From IMG/VR virus record IMGVR_UViG_3300022777_000031, positions 10,204-74,203 of that record: a stretch of DNA of 64,000 nt. One strand, given 5' to 3'. Origin of the DNA: a virus. Below the pieces are notes generated by a model. It was not told the DNA's origin. It made no database searches and worked only from the letters and a program-made list of their open reading frames with translations. Both the position numbers and the translations under genes were made by a program. Positions 35,235 to 43,152 of the stretch are shown in pieces (the stretch's first letter is position 1; the number at the start of each line of letters is the position of its first letter).

Positions 35235-36266
35235 ATGCCACTTTCTGACCTCATTCAAGGTGAGATCGACGCTCTGCGGGATCTTCCGCAAAGGCCAGAT
35301 TATCACCCCGAGAAGTACGTGTTCGACCACGAGGCGTACGTTTGGTTCGGGCTTCGCCAGATGCTTGACACGTCAAGTCGTGAGTGGCGTGAGATGGCGC
35401 TTGTCTCTCTGTTCCACGACATCGGCAAGATTCCGACGACCGACCGCAAGGCAGAGTCCAGCGGCGGGTACATCACCTCTTATGGGCACGCAGAGAAGTC
35501 CCGGCAGTATTGGGACGCTCTTGCCCCCGCTTTTGAGGGGCTCGATGTTCGGACTGACGTGATCGGCTGGCTCATTGAGAACCACATGGATCTGAAGTTT
35601 TCCAATCGCATGAAAGAGCGGACGCTTCACGAGAAGAAGGAGTCGGCAAAGGCTCTTGGAGAGCGTGTGTGGACGCTTGGCCAGCTCTTCAAGCAGGCAG
35701 ACGACATGCTTGCGTTTTTCGATAACCACGGCTTGGACTACCGCGAAAACGCAGAGGCGGGCGACGACCACTTGGAGCCGCTCGACAGGCACGAAGAGGC
35801 AATCGGCCGTTTTGAGGATTACGTCGAGAGTGTGATCAACCAGATCCGTAGTTGGGAGCAGCCCGCCGAAGGAAAAGAATTTGTTGTCGTTCGGGGCGTG
35901 CCGGGATGCGGAAAGACCACGTTTGCCGAAATGATCGCCGGATCGAACGGACAGGTGTTCGAGACCGACGAGTTCTTTGAGACAGAGAATGGCTACGACT
36001 TCGACCCGTCGAAGCTCGGGGAAGCGCACGCGTGGTGCGCACGTCAAGTCGAAGAAGCGATGGAAAGCGGCGTCCAGACGGTTGTGCTAGCCAATACGAG
36101 CAGTTGCGTATGGGAGTTTATCAAGTATTATCGTATGGCTGCAGAATATGGATACCGCGCACACTCCGTTGTGAAAGAAAATCGCCACGGCGGCGACTCC
36201 ACGCACGGCGTTCCCGAGTCGAGCTGTAACAAGATGGAGAACCGATTTGAGATTCGGCTTCAGTGA
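35235..36266 (+). CDS. HD-domain plus P-loop kinase (AAA_33 / polynucleotide kinase-like) fusion, putative RNA end-healing enzyme
   Basis: H.E..VFDH..LFHDIGK..GHA; VVVRGVPGCGKTT..FETDEFF..AHAWC. Confidence 0.8.
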   Translation: MPLSDLIQGEIDALRDLPQRPDYHPEKYVFDHEAYVWFGLRQMLDTSSREWREMALVSLFHDIGKIPTTDRKAESSGGYITSYGHAEKSRQYWDALAPAFEGLDVRTDVIGWLIENHMDLKFSNRMKERTLHEKKESAKALGERVWTLGQLFKQADDMLAFFDNHGLDYRENAEAGDDHLEPLDRHEEAIGRFEDYVESVINQIRSWEQPAEGKEFVVVRGVPGCGKTTFAEMIAGSNGQVFETDEFFETENGYDFDPSKLGEAHAWCARQVEEAMESGVQTVVLANTSSCVWEFIKYYRMAAEYGYRAHSVVKENRHGGDSTHGVPESSCNKMENRFEIRLQ

Positions 36267-36676
36267 GACCGCTAACCCTTCTTTCTGACTATGACGGCGG
36301 CTTCAAAAAGCACGAGCTGAAGTATATCCGCCAAAGCAGGAAGGGTGAATCATTCATACTTCGACAAACGCTTGGCGCCAAAACGTCTTGGGTATGTACC
36401 ACGGATTTTCGAGTCAGTGATATGATGTGGCGGCTCGAAGTTCATGGCAAAGACGTTCAACTTTATCGCGATTCTAATAACCGTTACGGAAATCCGCACA
36501 GAGTCGATGTGGATCGCGGCGATGAAAAGTGTTATCACCGATCGGTACATCGGCGCTTTGGCGAGAATCTTTTTGTCGGTGTTGTTTACCGTGATTGGGG
36601 CGGCGGTGTTCATGATGGCGTATGCGTTCATTCCGACCACAACAACGTATTCGGAAATCGCGCCCGGCGAATATAA
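36263..36676 (+). CDS. Hypothetical protein containing FKKHELKYI; 3' end overlaps the next gene
   Basis: GTGA-coupled start; the C-terminal part is doubtful. Confidence 0.4.
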   Translation: MRPLTLLSDYDGGFKKHELKYIRQSRKGESFILRQTLGAKTSWVCTTDFRVSDMMWRLEVHGKDVQLYRDSNNRYGNPHRVDVDRGDEKCYHRSVHRRFGENLFVGVVYRDWGGGVHDGVCVHSDHNNVFGNRARRI

Positions 36677-36857
36677 GCACGTGAAGAACGAGAAATCGGC
36701 GGTGTATCTATACAAAGACGACTTCAAGCACACGGAGGACGCGTACCTATACAAAAACGCAGGCGACTCGACAAAGGTTGAGGTTATCGAAGTCAGTTGG
36801 AAGAACATTCGGGGAACCCTTATCGGAACCACAATCCAAGTCAACGAAAAGAAATGA
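36522..36857 (+). CDS. Membrane-anchored hypothetical protein
   Basis: N-terminal transmembrane helix; ATGA-coupled to the next gene. Confidence 0.55.
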   Translation: MKSVITDRYIGALARIFLSVLFTVIGAAVFMMAYAFIPTTTTYSEIAPGEYKHVKNEKSAVYLYKDDFKHTEDAYLYKNAGDSTKVEVIEVSWKNIRGTLIGTTIQVNEKK

Positions 36858-37054
36858 CCGTATATGTCGTCACTGAAAGAGGCGTTGAGAGCGGTATGTT
36901 TCGGAGCCTTCGGAACTCAACTGTACAGTACAGGACTTCGGAAGGCGTGAAGTGGGAACATATCCGAAACGTGTACTTCAACAAACGCAATGCCCGGTAC
37001 CAACATCTTCGCACTCTCGGAATCACCCGACCAATCCTGAACGGCACGTCATGA
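36854..37054 (+). CDS. Hypothetical protein
   Basis: ATGA-coupled at both ends. Confidence 0.5.
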   Translation: MTVYVVTERGVESGMFRSLRNSTVQYRTSEGVKWEHIRNVYFNKRNARYQHLRTLGITRPILNGTS

Positions 37055-37485
37055 ACGCCCGGACATTTAGCAGAGATCGAATCATCTACCTGATCTCGTC
37101 GGCAATCGGCACGGGACTTGTTTTCTCTCCGTTCCCAACTCCCATTCTCATGTGGGGTTCTTGGATTGGCGTGGTGGTTTTCGCGCTTCTCGTTTTGTTC
37201 GGTCAATGGGTTCTCATGGAAGGGTCAAACCGAACTGTTGTGTATGTCGCAGCAGTCGCGAGCCGTGAGCTTTCGAAGAAGCACGGGGCGTTTGGGCAAA
37301 TCCTTGACCACGTTCCGCCAACTGCCTTCGCTGCCGCTTGGATTTGGACTTCTCACCTTGCCCTTGGCGCAACCATTGGTATGGCTTGGCTCGCCGCAAC
37401 AGTCCAGTGTAGGTCTGTGATGTACGTGTGGCGGCAACTCGACGAAGACGACCGGCAGGAAATGCTCAAGGTGATGGAGGATTGA
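37051..37485 (+). CDS. Multi-pass membrane protein
   Basis: Several hydrophobic segments. Confidence 0.6.
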   Translation: MNARTFSRDRIIYLISSAIGTGLVFSPFPTPILMWGSWIGVVVFALLVLFGQWVLMEGSNRTVVYVAAVASRELSKKHGAFGQILDHVPPTAFAAAWIWTSHLALGATIGMAWLAATVQCRSVMYVWRQLDEDDRQEMLKVMED

Positions 37486-37527
37486 CACTTCCTTCACATT
37501 CTTCTTGAAACAGATTTCGTCACGGCC

Positions 37528-37547
37528 CGTGTAAGCAACTGCATTAT
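37528..37547 (+). promoter_or_regulatory. Early promoter motif, copy 5
   Basis: CGTGTAAG CAAC TGCATTAT. Confidence 0.75.
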
Positions 37548-37570
37548 CAACCAACCAACCTTCCGAGGCC

Positions 37571-38305
37571 ATGGATTTTCGCTTCAAGGAAGACACAGAA
37601 GGAACGGCCGCCAACAACAACGGTCACGTGGTTCATCGCCTTGAGGCACATATGGAAGGCGAGACGGGAGACGAGCACGGAGGGATGGAAGGGGACGAAG
37701 TTGCTTACCTCAACGTCACATACGTCCCCTCTGCCACTTGGGAGAACGATTACAGTGGCGATTGGGGCTTGCTTCGATTTGCCGATCACTATCGCGGCTG
37801 GTGCGGGTTTTTGCACTGCGAAGCGTTTGACGACAAAAGTGGATTCAAGCCGCTTTCGGAAGTGGTCCGTTCCCTTTCGCGAAAAGTGATTCGGCGCTCC
37901 GAACGCCCGTCCCGTGAAGAGTGCCAAAACATGGACAGAGACGAACTTGAAGTTCGTTTTGAACACTACATCGAAAAAGCGTGGGAAGAGCTGGAAGAAG
38001 ATTGGGAGTCCGCAAAACAGTTTCACGTCGACAAGCCGAGAGTTGAGTACATTTACGTGTCCGAAGACTTTCGGCGGCAAGGAATCGCGACGAAGTTGTA
38101 TAAGCGAATGGCGACGGAGCTTGAGCGGCGATACGGGCTTCACCTTCACAGCTCCACGGTTCAGAGAGACGAAGCGGAAGCGGCGTGGGAAAAGTTGATC
38201 ACGCTTGACTGGAACGACCACGAAGAAGAGTTCATTCCGTTTCCCGGTAGCGGCAAGGTTCGCTATAAACTTTCTGTGAACCCCGGAACAAAGCAACCCG
38301 CATAG
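37571..38305 (+). CDS. GNAT-family acetyltransferase-like early protein
   Basis: VEYIYVSEDFRRQGIATKLY acetyl-CoA motif A. Confidence 0.7.
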   Translation: MDFRFKEDTEGTAANNNGHVVHRLEAHMEGETGDEHGGMEGDEVAYLNVTYVPSATWENDYSGDWGLLRFADHYRGWCGFLHCEAFDDKSGFKPLSEVVRSLSRKVIRRSERPSREECQNMDRDELEVRFEHYIEKAWEELEEDWESAKQFHVDKPRVEYIYVSEDFRRQGIATKLYKRMATELERRYGLHLHSSTVQRDEAEAAWEKLITLDWNDHEEEFIPFPGSGKVRYKLSVNPGTKQPA

Positions 38306-38324
38306 AGTATAACGACACGCAATA
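38282..38324 (+). promoter_or_regulatory. Second promoter-like repeat, copy 1 (CCCGGAAC-N17-GTATAA-N2-ACACGCAATA)
   Basis: Same elements and spacing at 38786-38828. Confidence 0.6.
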
Positions 38325-38349
38325 CAAGACGGTCCAACCAACCTGCGTT

Positions 38350-38784
38350 ATGGAAATATCCAGAGGCGACGCCGTTCTTATTGAAGGCACTCGCCACGAA
38401 GGCGAAGAAGGTCGGGTGGTTGGATTTGACGGAGATTGCGCTGATCTTGACATTTTCGGCAGTCCGGGCAAGACTCGTTCGGTTCTGACAAAGTATCTCG
38501 TTGACAGCCCGTTTACCGAAAACGAAGATTGGAGCAGCGAGTTTTCCGACGACGGGCTCGTTGATTGGAATAAGCAGTATCAGCCGAGCGTTCCGTTGGA
38601 AGAGTTTGACGAAGAAGACCGGGTTGAAGTGGTGGATAGTAACGACGAACGGTTTATCGGCGCAACCGGAAGAGTGCATGACGCAGAAAAGATTAACGGA
38701 GAGTGGTCCGTGATGGTTTTTCTTGATATGCCTTGGGACCGCAACCGGGACTTTGGGGTAAGTGACCTCAAGAAGATTAGATGA
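38350..38784 (+). CDS. Tandem SH3/KOW-like domain protein
   Basis: Two repeats of GD.V....G..G.V.... Confidence 0.6.
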   Translation: MEISRGDAVLIEGTRHEGEEGRVVGFDGDCADLDIFGSPGKTRSVLTKYLVDSPFTENEDWSSEFSDDGLVDWNKQYQPSVPLEEFDEEDRVEVVDSNDERFIGATGRVHDAEKINGEWSVMVFLDMPWDRNRDFGVSDLKKIR

Positions 38785-38785
38785 A

Positions 38786-38828
38786 CCCGGAACAAACTCT
38801 TGCGTATGGGGTATAAGAACACGCAATA
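38786..38828 (+). promoter_or_regulatory. Second promoter-like repeat, copy 2 (upstream of tmRNA)
   Basis: CCCGGAAC-N17-GTATAA-GA-ACACGCAATA. Confidence 0.6.
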
Positions 38829-39383
38829 TCAACAAAGTTCTTTATACTTATAGAAGCGAGAAGAGGCAAACCCCTTGCGGTAAGGTCCAATCCTCGCTGT
38901 ACATGGGACTGACACGGATTCGACGGGGATCGCGGAGTAAGTGTCACGGCTTGGCGCAGCATGTGAGCGCCACAAATAAGTGAATCATGAATCATAGTTG
39001 GCAACAACGCTAACTACGAAGCCGCCGGGTTCACGGCGGAGGACTTCGCTACGATGGATGGCGAGAGCCTCTATCACGGCGAGCGCGAGCTTGTCCGTGC
39101 GTAACGGAGTCGGGACGCACAAGCGTCCCTTCCATCCGGACCTCGACGCCGATAGAGAAAGTGCGAAACAGGCTTTGCCATGACGCACTGTGTTCGGGTG
39201 ACACCTTATCGGCAGATCGCCATAACTGGCGCCGCCCTTTTCGTGGGGTGACTTGTAAAGAATAGAAAACACGAAATAGACCGCCACTACCTTCTGCGTC
39301 GGAAGGATGAGCGGTGAACCAATCCGACGCTATGGCCGTGAGTAACATGACGCTGCGAAGGATCTTCGGACACGGGTTCGACT

Positions 39384-40049
39384 TAATGGTCGCACTTGAA
39401 ATTTAAGTGAAAAATGACGCTCAAGCGGTGAACGCTGAAATGCCAACGCTGCGCTAAAATCATCTGGAAACGGATGACAAACGCCCAGAGACTTCGGAAT
39501 ATGCTTCAAGCTTGAAAAAGTTTTTTGTGTGTTCCGGGATGAAAAAATTCTTCTTGGAGCTTGAGCTTACGTTCTTTAACTTCGGTGGAGTATTTGCCGT
39601 TTTTTGGAGTCAAGTCACGATAATGTTCAACGATAAGTTTAGACCGATGAAGCTTTTCTTTTTCTTTAAGAAAAGTTTGAATTTCAGATAAAAAGTCTAC
39701 AGCGTCGTTGAAAGTGAGACTCCAAGAATAAGAAGTTTTGTGAGACTTTTTGTAAGTCTTGTGTTTGCTAATTGAACCGCCATAGTTCTCTTCCATAAAT
39801 TCTAGAAGCTCTCGACTTGTGGAAGAAACTGATACAACCGGATGCCTAAATTCGGTGTTGTTTCGGTTATTAGCAAGAGTAATAGTTCCTTCACCGTCAA
39901 TTATTCCAGCAGCGTAAGCAAGTTTGAGTTCATATTTTTTCATAAATGCGTCAAATTTTGGTTTTGGATGTGTGTTAATACGTATGTTGTCCAAAGCTAA
40001 AATTATGGTATAGTCCACTCCATAACAAAAAATAAGTTATGGGTAAGTG
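39384..40049 (+). mobile_element. Group I self-splicing intron in the tmRNA T-loop
   Basis: P1 CGACU-UAAU-GGUCG with a U-G splice pair; P4/P5 GCGGT..GCTGC; P7 CAGAGACT and GGTATAGTCC; P9 CCATAAC/GTTATGG; terminal G 40049. Confidence 0.88.
39506..39943 (-). CDS. Single-motif LAGLIDADG homing endonuclease encoded antisense inside the intron
   Basis: LAYAAGIIDGEGTI..VSVSSTSRELLEFMEENYGG..YSW; lies between the two P7 strands. Confidence 0.9.
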   Translation of the reverse strand: MKKYELKLAYAAGIIDGEGTITLANNRNNTEFRHPVVSVSSTSRELLEFMEENYGGSISKHKTYKKSHKTSYSWSLTFNDAVDFLSEIQTFLKEKEKLHRSKLIVEHYRDLTPKNGKYSTEVKERKLKLQEEFFHPGTHKKLFQA

Positions 40050-40166
40050 TCCCGTCAGTTCCAGACTCCAAATAGGAACAACCGTCACGAGGTTGGAGTC
40101 GTAAGTAACTTATAGAGTGAAACCAATAGTTCCTAACAGTGAGTATCTTTGCGGAGACGCAGAACT

Positions 40167-40197
40167 CGCCCCGACCCCCCAAAGTCGGGGCGTTTCT
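40167..40197 (+). terminator. Intrinsic terminator downstream of tmRNA
   Basis: CGCCCCGAC/GTCGGGGCG followed by TTTCT. Confidence 0.65.
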
Positions 40198-40226
40198 GTA
40201 TCTGTATCATACATTTACATTTTGCT

Positions 40227-40484
40227 ATGTGGCTACGTTGCCGCTTTGAAGCAAACTTAGAAGATCCTCGTCCTGTTGAGTTTCCGCCGCCCGGCCCGTA
40301 TTGGATTACTGGATATGGTGACGACTATTCAACGGTTGTCGCTTATGTTCGCGAACGAGAGCAAGTTCGCGAGTACTGGCCTGAGGCGGAGCATATTAGC
40401 CAACAGCAACAAGAAGAAATCGTCTTCACCGAACGATTTGCAGAACCTGAATGGTGGGACTCACAAGAATCTGACAACGAATAA
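40227..40484 (+). CDS. Hypothetical protein (PYWITGY motif)
   Basis: 85 aa from ATG 40227. Confidence 0.65.
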   Translation: MWLRCRFEANLEDPRPVEFPPPGPYWITGYGDDYSTVVAYVREREQVREYWPEAEHISQQQQEEIVFTERFAEPEWWDSQESDNE

Positions 40485-40498
40485 ACAACTGAATACTT

Positions 40499-40753
40499 AT
40501 GGAAATCTATCTCACTTTCGTTATTCTCTGGACGCTGTACATGGCATTTGAGAACTTCATGTACGTTCGGCCACAAAGCCGACCTCACTTCGTCGGATTT
40601 CTGATCACGAATACGCTTTTGGCTCCGATCTCGTTTGTGTTGAGCCTTTATGGAGGAATCCTTGGAGATCGGCTTACGGCGGCTTACACGGCGGCAAACA
40701 AGCAGAAGTCCGACTTCCTTCACAAGACTGGAAAGAAAAAGCTCATTGGATAG
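40499..40753 (+). CDS. Small membrane protein
   Basis: Two transmembrane segments; resembles the next ORF. Confidence 0.6.
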   Translation: MEIYLTFVILWTLYMAFENFMYVRPQSRPHFVGFLITNTLLAPISFVLSLYGGILGDRLTAAYTAANKQKSDFLHKTGKKKLIG

Positions 40754-40954
40754 ATGATTTATTACGCTTTGCTGATCCACTTTCTGTGGGCAGTGTACGC
40801 TCTTTTCGTCAATAAGAGCATCAACCGAAGCGACGCTATCAGCGTGCCTTGGTACAAAAACGCGTTGGCGTTTCTTCTGAACTTCGTTCTGTGTCCTGTT
40901 GGCATTGTGATTGCCGCATACAACGAGTACAGTGGTGAAGACAGTCTTCTCTGA
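40754..40954 (+). CDS. Small membrane protein (tandem paralog-like)
   Basis: LW..Y..F..N..L.P pattern shared with the previous ORF. Confidence 0.6.
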   Translation: MIYYALLIHFLWAVYALFVNKSINRSDAISVPWYKNALAFLLNFVLCPVGIVIAAYNEYSGEDSLL

Positions 40955-40995
40955 GCCTTCACAAAACAAGGGGTTTCTCGATCATACTTATAGAC

Positions 40996-41106
40996 GCGGT
41001 TGGCTGGTTTGATTGGAAAGCAAAACCGGCCCAGCGACTAGGGAGCCTACCCAAGTGTTCTCGGTGAGGAGCCGAGCGCCGAGAGGCGAGGCAAAACCGC
41101 TTTCCA
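40996..41106 (+). ncRNA. Candidate ~110-nt structured RNA with a pseudoknot
   Basis: CATACT box ~8 nt upstream; GCGGTT/AACCGC, GCTGG/CCAGC, CTCGG/CCGAG, CGCC-GAGA-GGCG; TGGAAAGC 41014-41021 complementary to GCTTTCCA 41099-41106. Confidence 0.5.
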
Positions 41107-41140
41107 CCCTTTGTTTTGTTTCACCACAGAACGCAGAAGA

Positions 41141-41332
41141 ATGAGCTATCACAACAAAGTTCGAGTCAAAATCCTCGTTGGCAAGCACGCCGGAAAGACC
41201 TTGAAGGCGGTGAAAGCGAAGAACATGAATACGGAGAACGGCTTGCCGTATGACGATCCCGATCCGGTCTACATTACAAAGACCGAAGACGAGTATCAGT
41301 ATGCCCCCAGCGAGGTAGAAGTATTGGACTAG
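41141..41332 (+). CDS. Small SH3-like hypothetical protein
   Basis: 63 aa from ATG 41141. Confidence 0.55.
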   Translation: MSYHNKVRVKILVGKHAGKTLKAVKAKNMNTENGLPYDDPDPVYITKTEDEYQYAPSEVEVLD

Positions 41333-41354
41333 CCACTCGGTCATTCTCCGAAGG

Positions 41355-41393
41355 ATGGGTTGCCTGGATTCAGTTTCGGGCAACCCATTTTTT
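41355..41393 (+). terminator. Intrinsic terminator
   Basis: ATGGGTTGCC/GGCAACCCAT followed by a T tract. Confidence 0.75.
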
Positions 41394-41501
41394 ATGTCGT
41401 GCATATACATAAGATTGAAGCCCCCAATGAAAGTTGCCTTCTCGAAATCTACATAATGATGGCAACCAGTTATAATGAACTCTTAGCAACAAAGACCGCA
41501 C

Positions 41502-41990
41502 ATGGCTGTTCTTCCAGAGAACGAACTGTTTTACACCGAGTTTGAGCCGAAGCGGAAAAACCAGTTCGTATTCTTCATCGAAGGCATTCCGACGTACATG
41601 ATTCGGGAAGCCTCTCGACCAGAGTACGACTTCAACACGCTCACGCTTCCTCACATCAACATCAACCGTCGCCTGAAGGGTAAGATTCAGGAGTACTCCG
41701 ACGTGACCCTCACGCTTTACGATCCGATTAGCCCTAGCGGTTCTCAGATCGTCATGGAGTGGGTTCGCCTTCACCACGAGGCAGTCACGGGACGAGACTC
41801 CTACGCAGACCTTTACAAGAAGGACGTAACCTACAACACCCTTGACCCGACCGGCGCATTCGTTGAAGAGTGGACTCTAAAGGGAGCGTTCATTTCCAAC
41901 GTCAACTTCGGTGACACTGCTTGGGACGACGACGCCGAACACACAATCGAGCTGACGCTTACGTACGACTACCCGGTCCAGCAGTTCTGA
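41502..41990 (+). CDS. Tail tube protein (T4 gp19-like)
   Basis: FEPKRKNQF, TLYDPI..MEWVR, EEWTLKGAFI..FG..W..IELTLTYD. Confidence 0.9.
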   Translation: MAVLPENELFYTEFEPKRKNQFVFFIEGIPTYMIREASRPEYDFNTLTLPHININRRLKGKIQEYSDVTLTLYDPISPSGSQIVMEWVRLHHEAVTGRDSYADLYKKDVTYNTLDPTGAFVEEWTLKGAFISNVNFGDTAWDDDAEHTIELTLTYDYPVQQF

Positions 41991-42115
41991 TAAACTCTTG
42001 TCTCCCAAAGACTTACAAGGAATTTGGGTTGTTCGAGCATAATCATATGTAAGTGTTATCCCGAAAATTATGGTTTGCACTTATATTTATTGGTGAGCGA
42101 AGATTTTCATCAATA

Positions 42116-43147
42116 ATGATTATGTTTGAATGTGATTTTTGCGATAAAGAGTTTGATTCAAAGCGCGGGCGAAATAGTCATGAAACTCAAGTTCACGAAG
42201 AAGAAAAAAGAAAGAGATATGAAGAAAATAATCCGGTAGCCTGTCCATATTGTGATAAGAGATTTGAGAAGTATGAGTCTCTTGTCAGACATGCGTCGAG
42301 AGTTCATGATGACATTGATTCGCCCCGACTGTATGTCGATTATCATTTGAATGGTGAGTGGCCGACTTGCGAATGTGGCTGCGGAGAAGAAGTAAACTTT
42401 CAAAGGGGATCCGAGAGGGGATACGGCTTTGCGAAGTATAAGCAAGGCCACCATGTTCGCGATCAAGATGGATTCTACACAGAAGAAGGCTTGAAAAAGT
42501 CGGCTGAAACTCGCCGGGAGCAGTTTGAAAACGGAGACAGAGAGCCGTGGAACAAGGGGATGAGTCTTGACGAAAATCCGGATAATGAAGGACTCCAAAA
42601 GCTTCACGAAAAGAACTTGAAAGAGAACAACCCGGAACGAGGACGAAAAATTTCAGAAGCTTTGAAGGGTAGAGAGTTTGATGAAGAGACGATTGAAAAA
42701 TTGACAGAACATTGGCAAGAATACTGGAGCGATCCGGAGCATAGAAAAAAGTAGAGTAAGAGAAGAAAAAAGTGGATGGAGGAAAATGGATATGACTTCA
42801 TTGATTCTAAACTTGAGCGGGAGTTTGAAGACATTTTAGAATCATCGGATATAGAGTACATCTATCAAAAACATGAAAATGTCCCGGGATCTTTGACAGG
42901 TGCTTTTTACGACTTCTATTTACTGAAAACAGACACATACATAGAAGTTCATGGAGATTTTTGGCACTGCAATGAAGACGCTGGATATGAAGTTGCAGAA
43001 TATGAAGCACAAAAAAGAAATTTGAAACGAGATAAAGAAAAACGCGCGTGGTGCGAAGAAAACGACAAAGACTTGCTTGTGTTTTGGGAAAGAGACATTC
43101 AAAACAACCGCCAATCAGTCGTCAAAAGATTGCTTGAATACACATAA
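42116..43147 (+). pseudogene. C2H2 zinc-finger plus Vsr/DUF559-type endonuclease, split by an in-frame TAG (42752-42754)
   Basis: CDFC..H..H, CPYC..H..H and CECGCG; then WSDPEHRKK*SKRRKKWMEE..SKLE..YDFY..IEVHGDFWH. Confidence 0.75.
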
Positions 43148-43152
43148 CAAAA

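Larger units (their letters stand above)
38905..40063 (+). ncRNA. ssrA: tmRNA interrupted by a group I intron (exon 1 38905-39383, exon 2 40050-40063)
   Basis: 5' GGGACTGACACGGATTCGAC; acceptor GGGACTG/CAGTTCC-A with a G3-U pair; T arm ACGGG-TTCGACT..CCCGT; tag ORF 39000-39104 after ATAGTT. Confidence 0.92.

Noticed and set aside
38998-39183. 61-aa ORF and other track ORFs over the tmRNA
   Set aside because: They overlap the tmRNA body; the meaningful frame is the tag at 39000-39104.
40996-41106. Identification as RNase P, SRP or c-di-GMP riboswitch
   Set aside because: GGAAAG and GGCAAAAC resemble those motifs, but the order of helices and the length do not fit. Kept only as an unidentified RNA.
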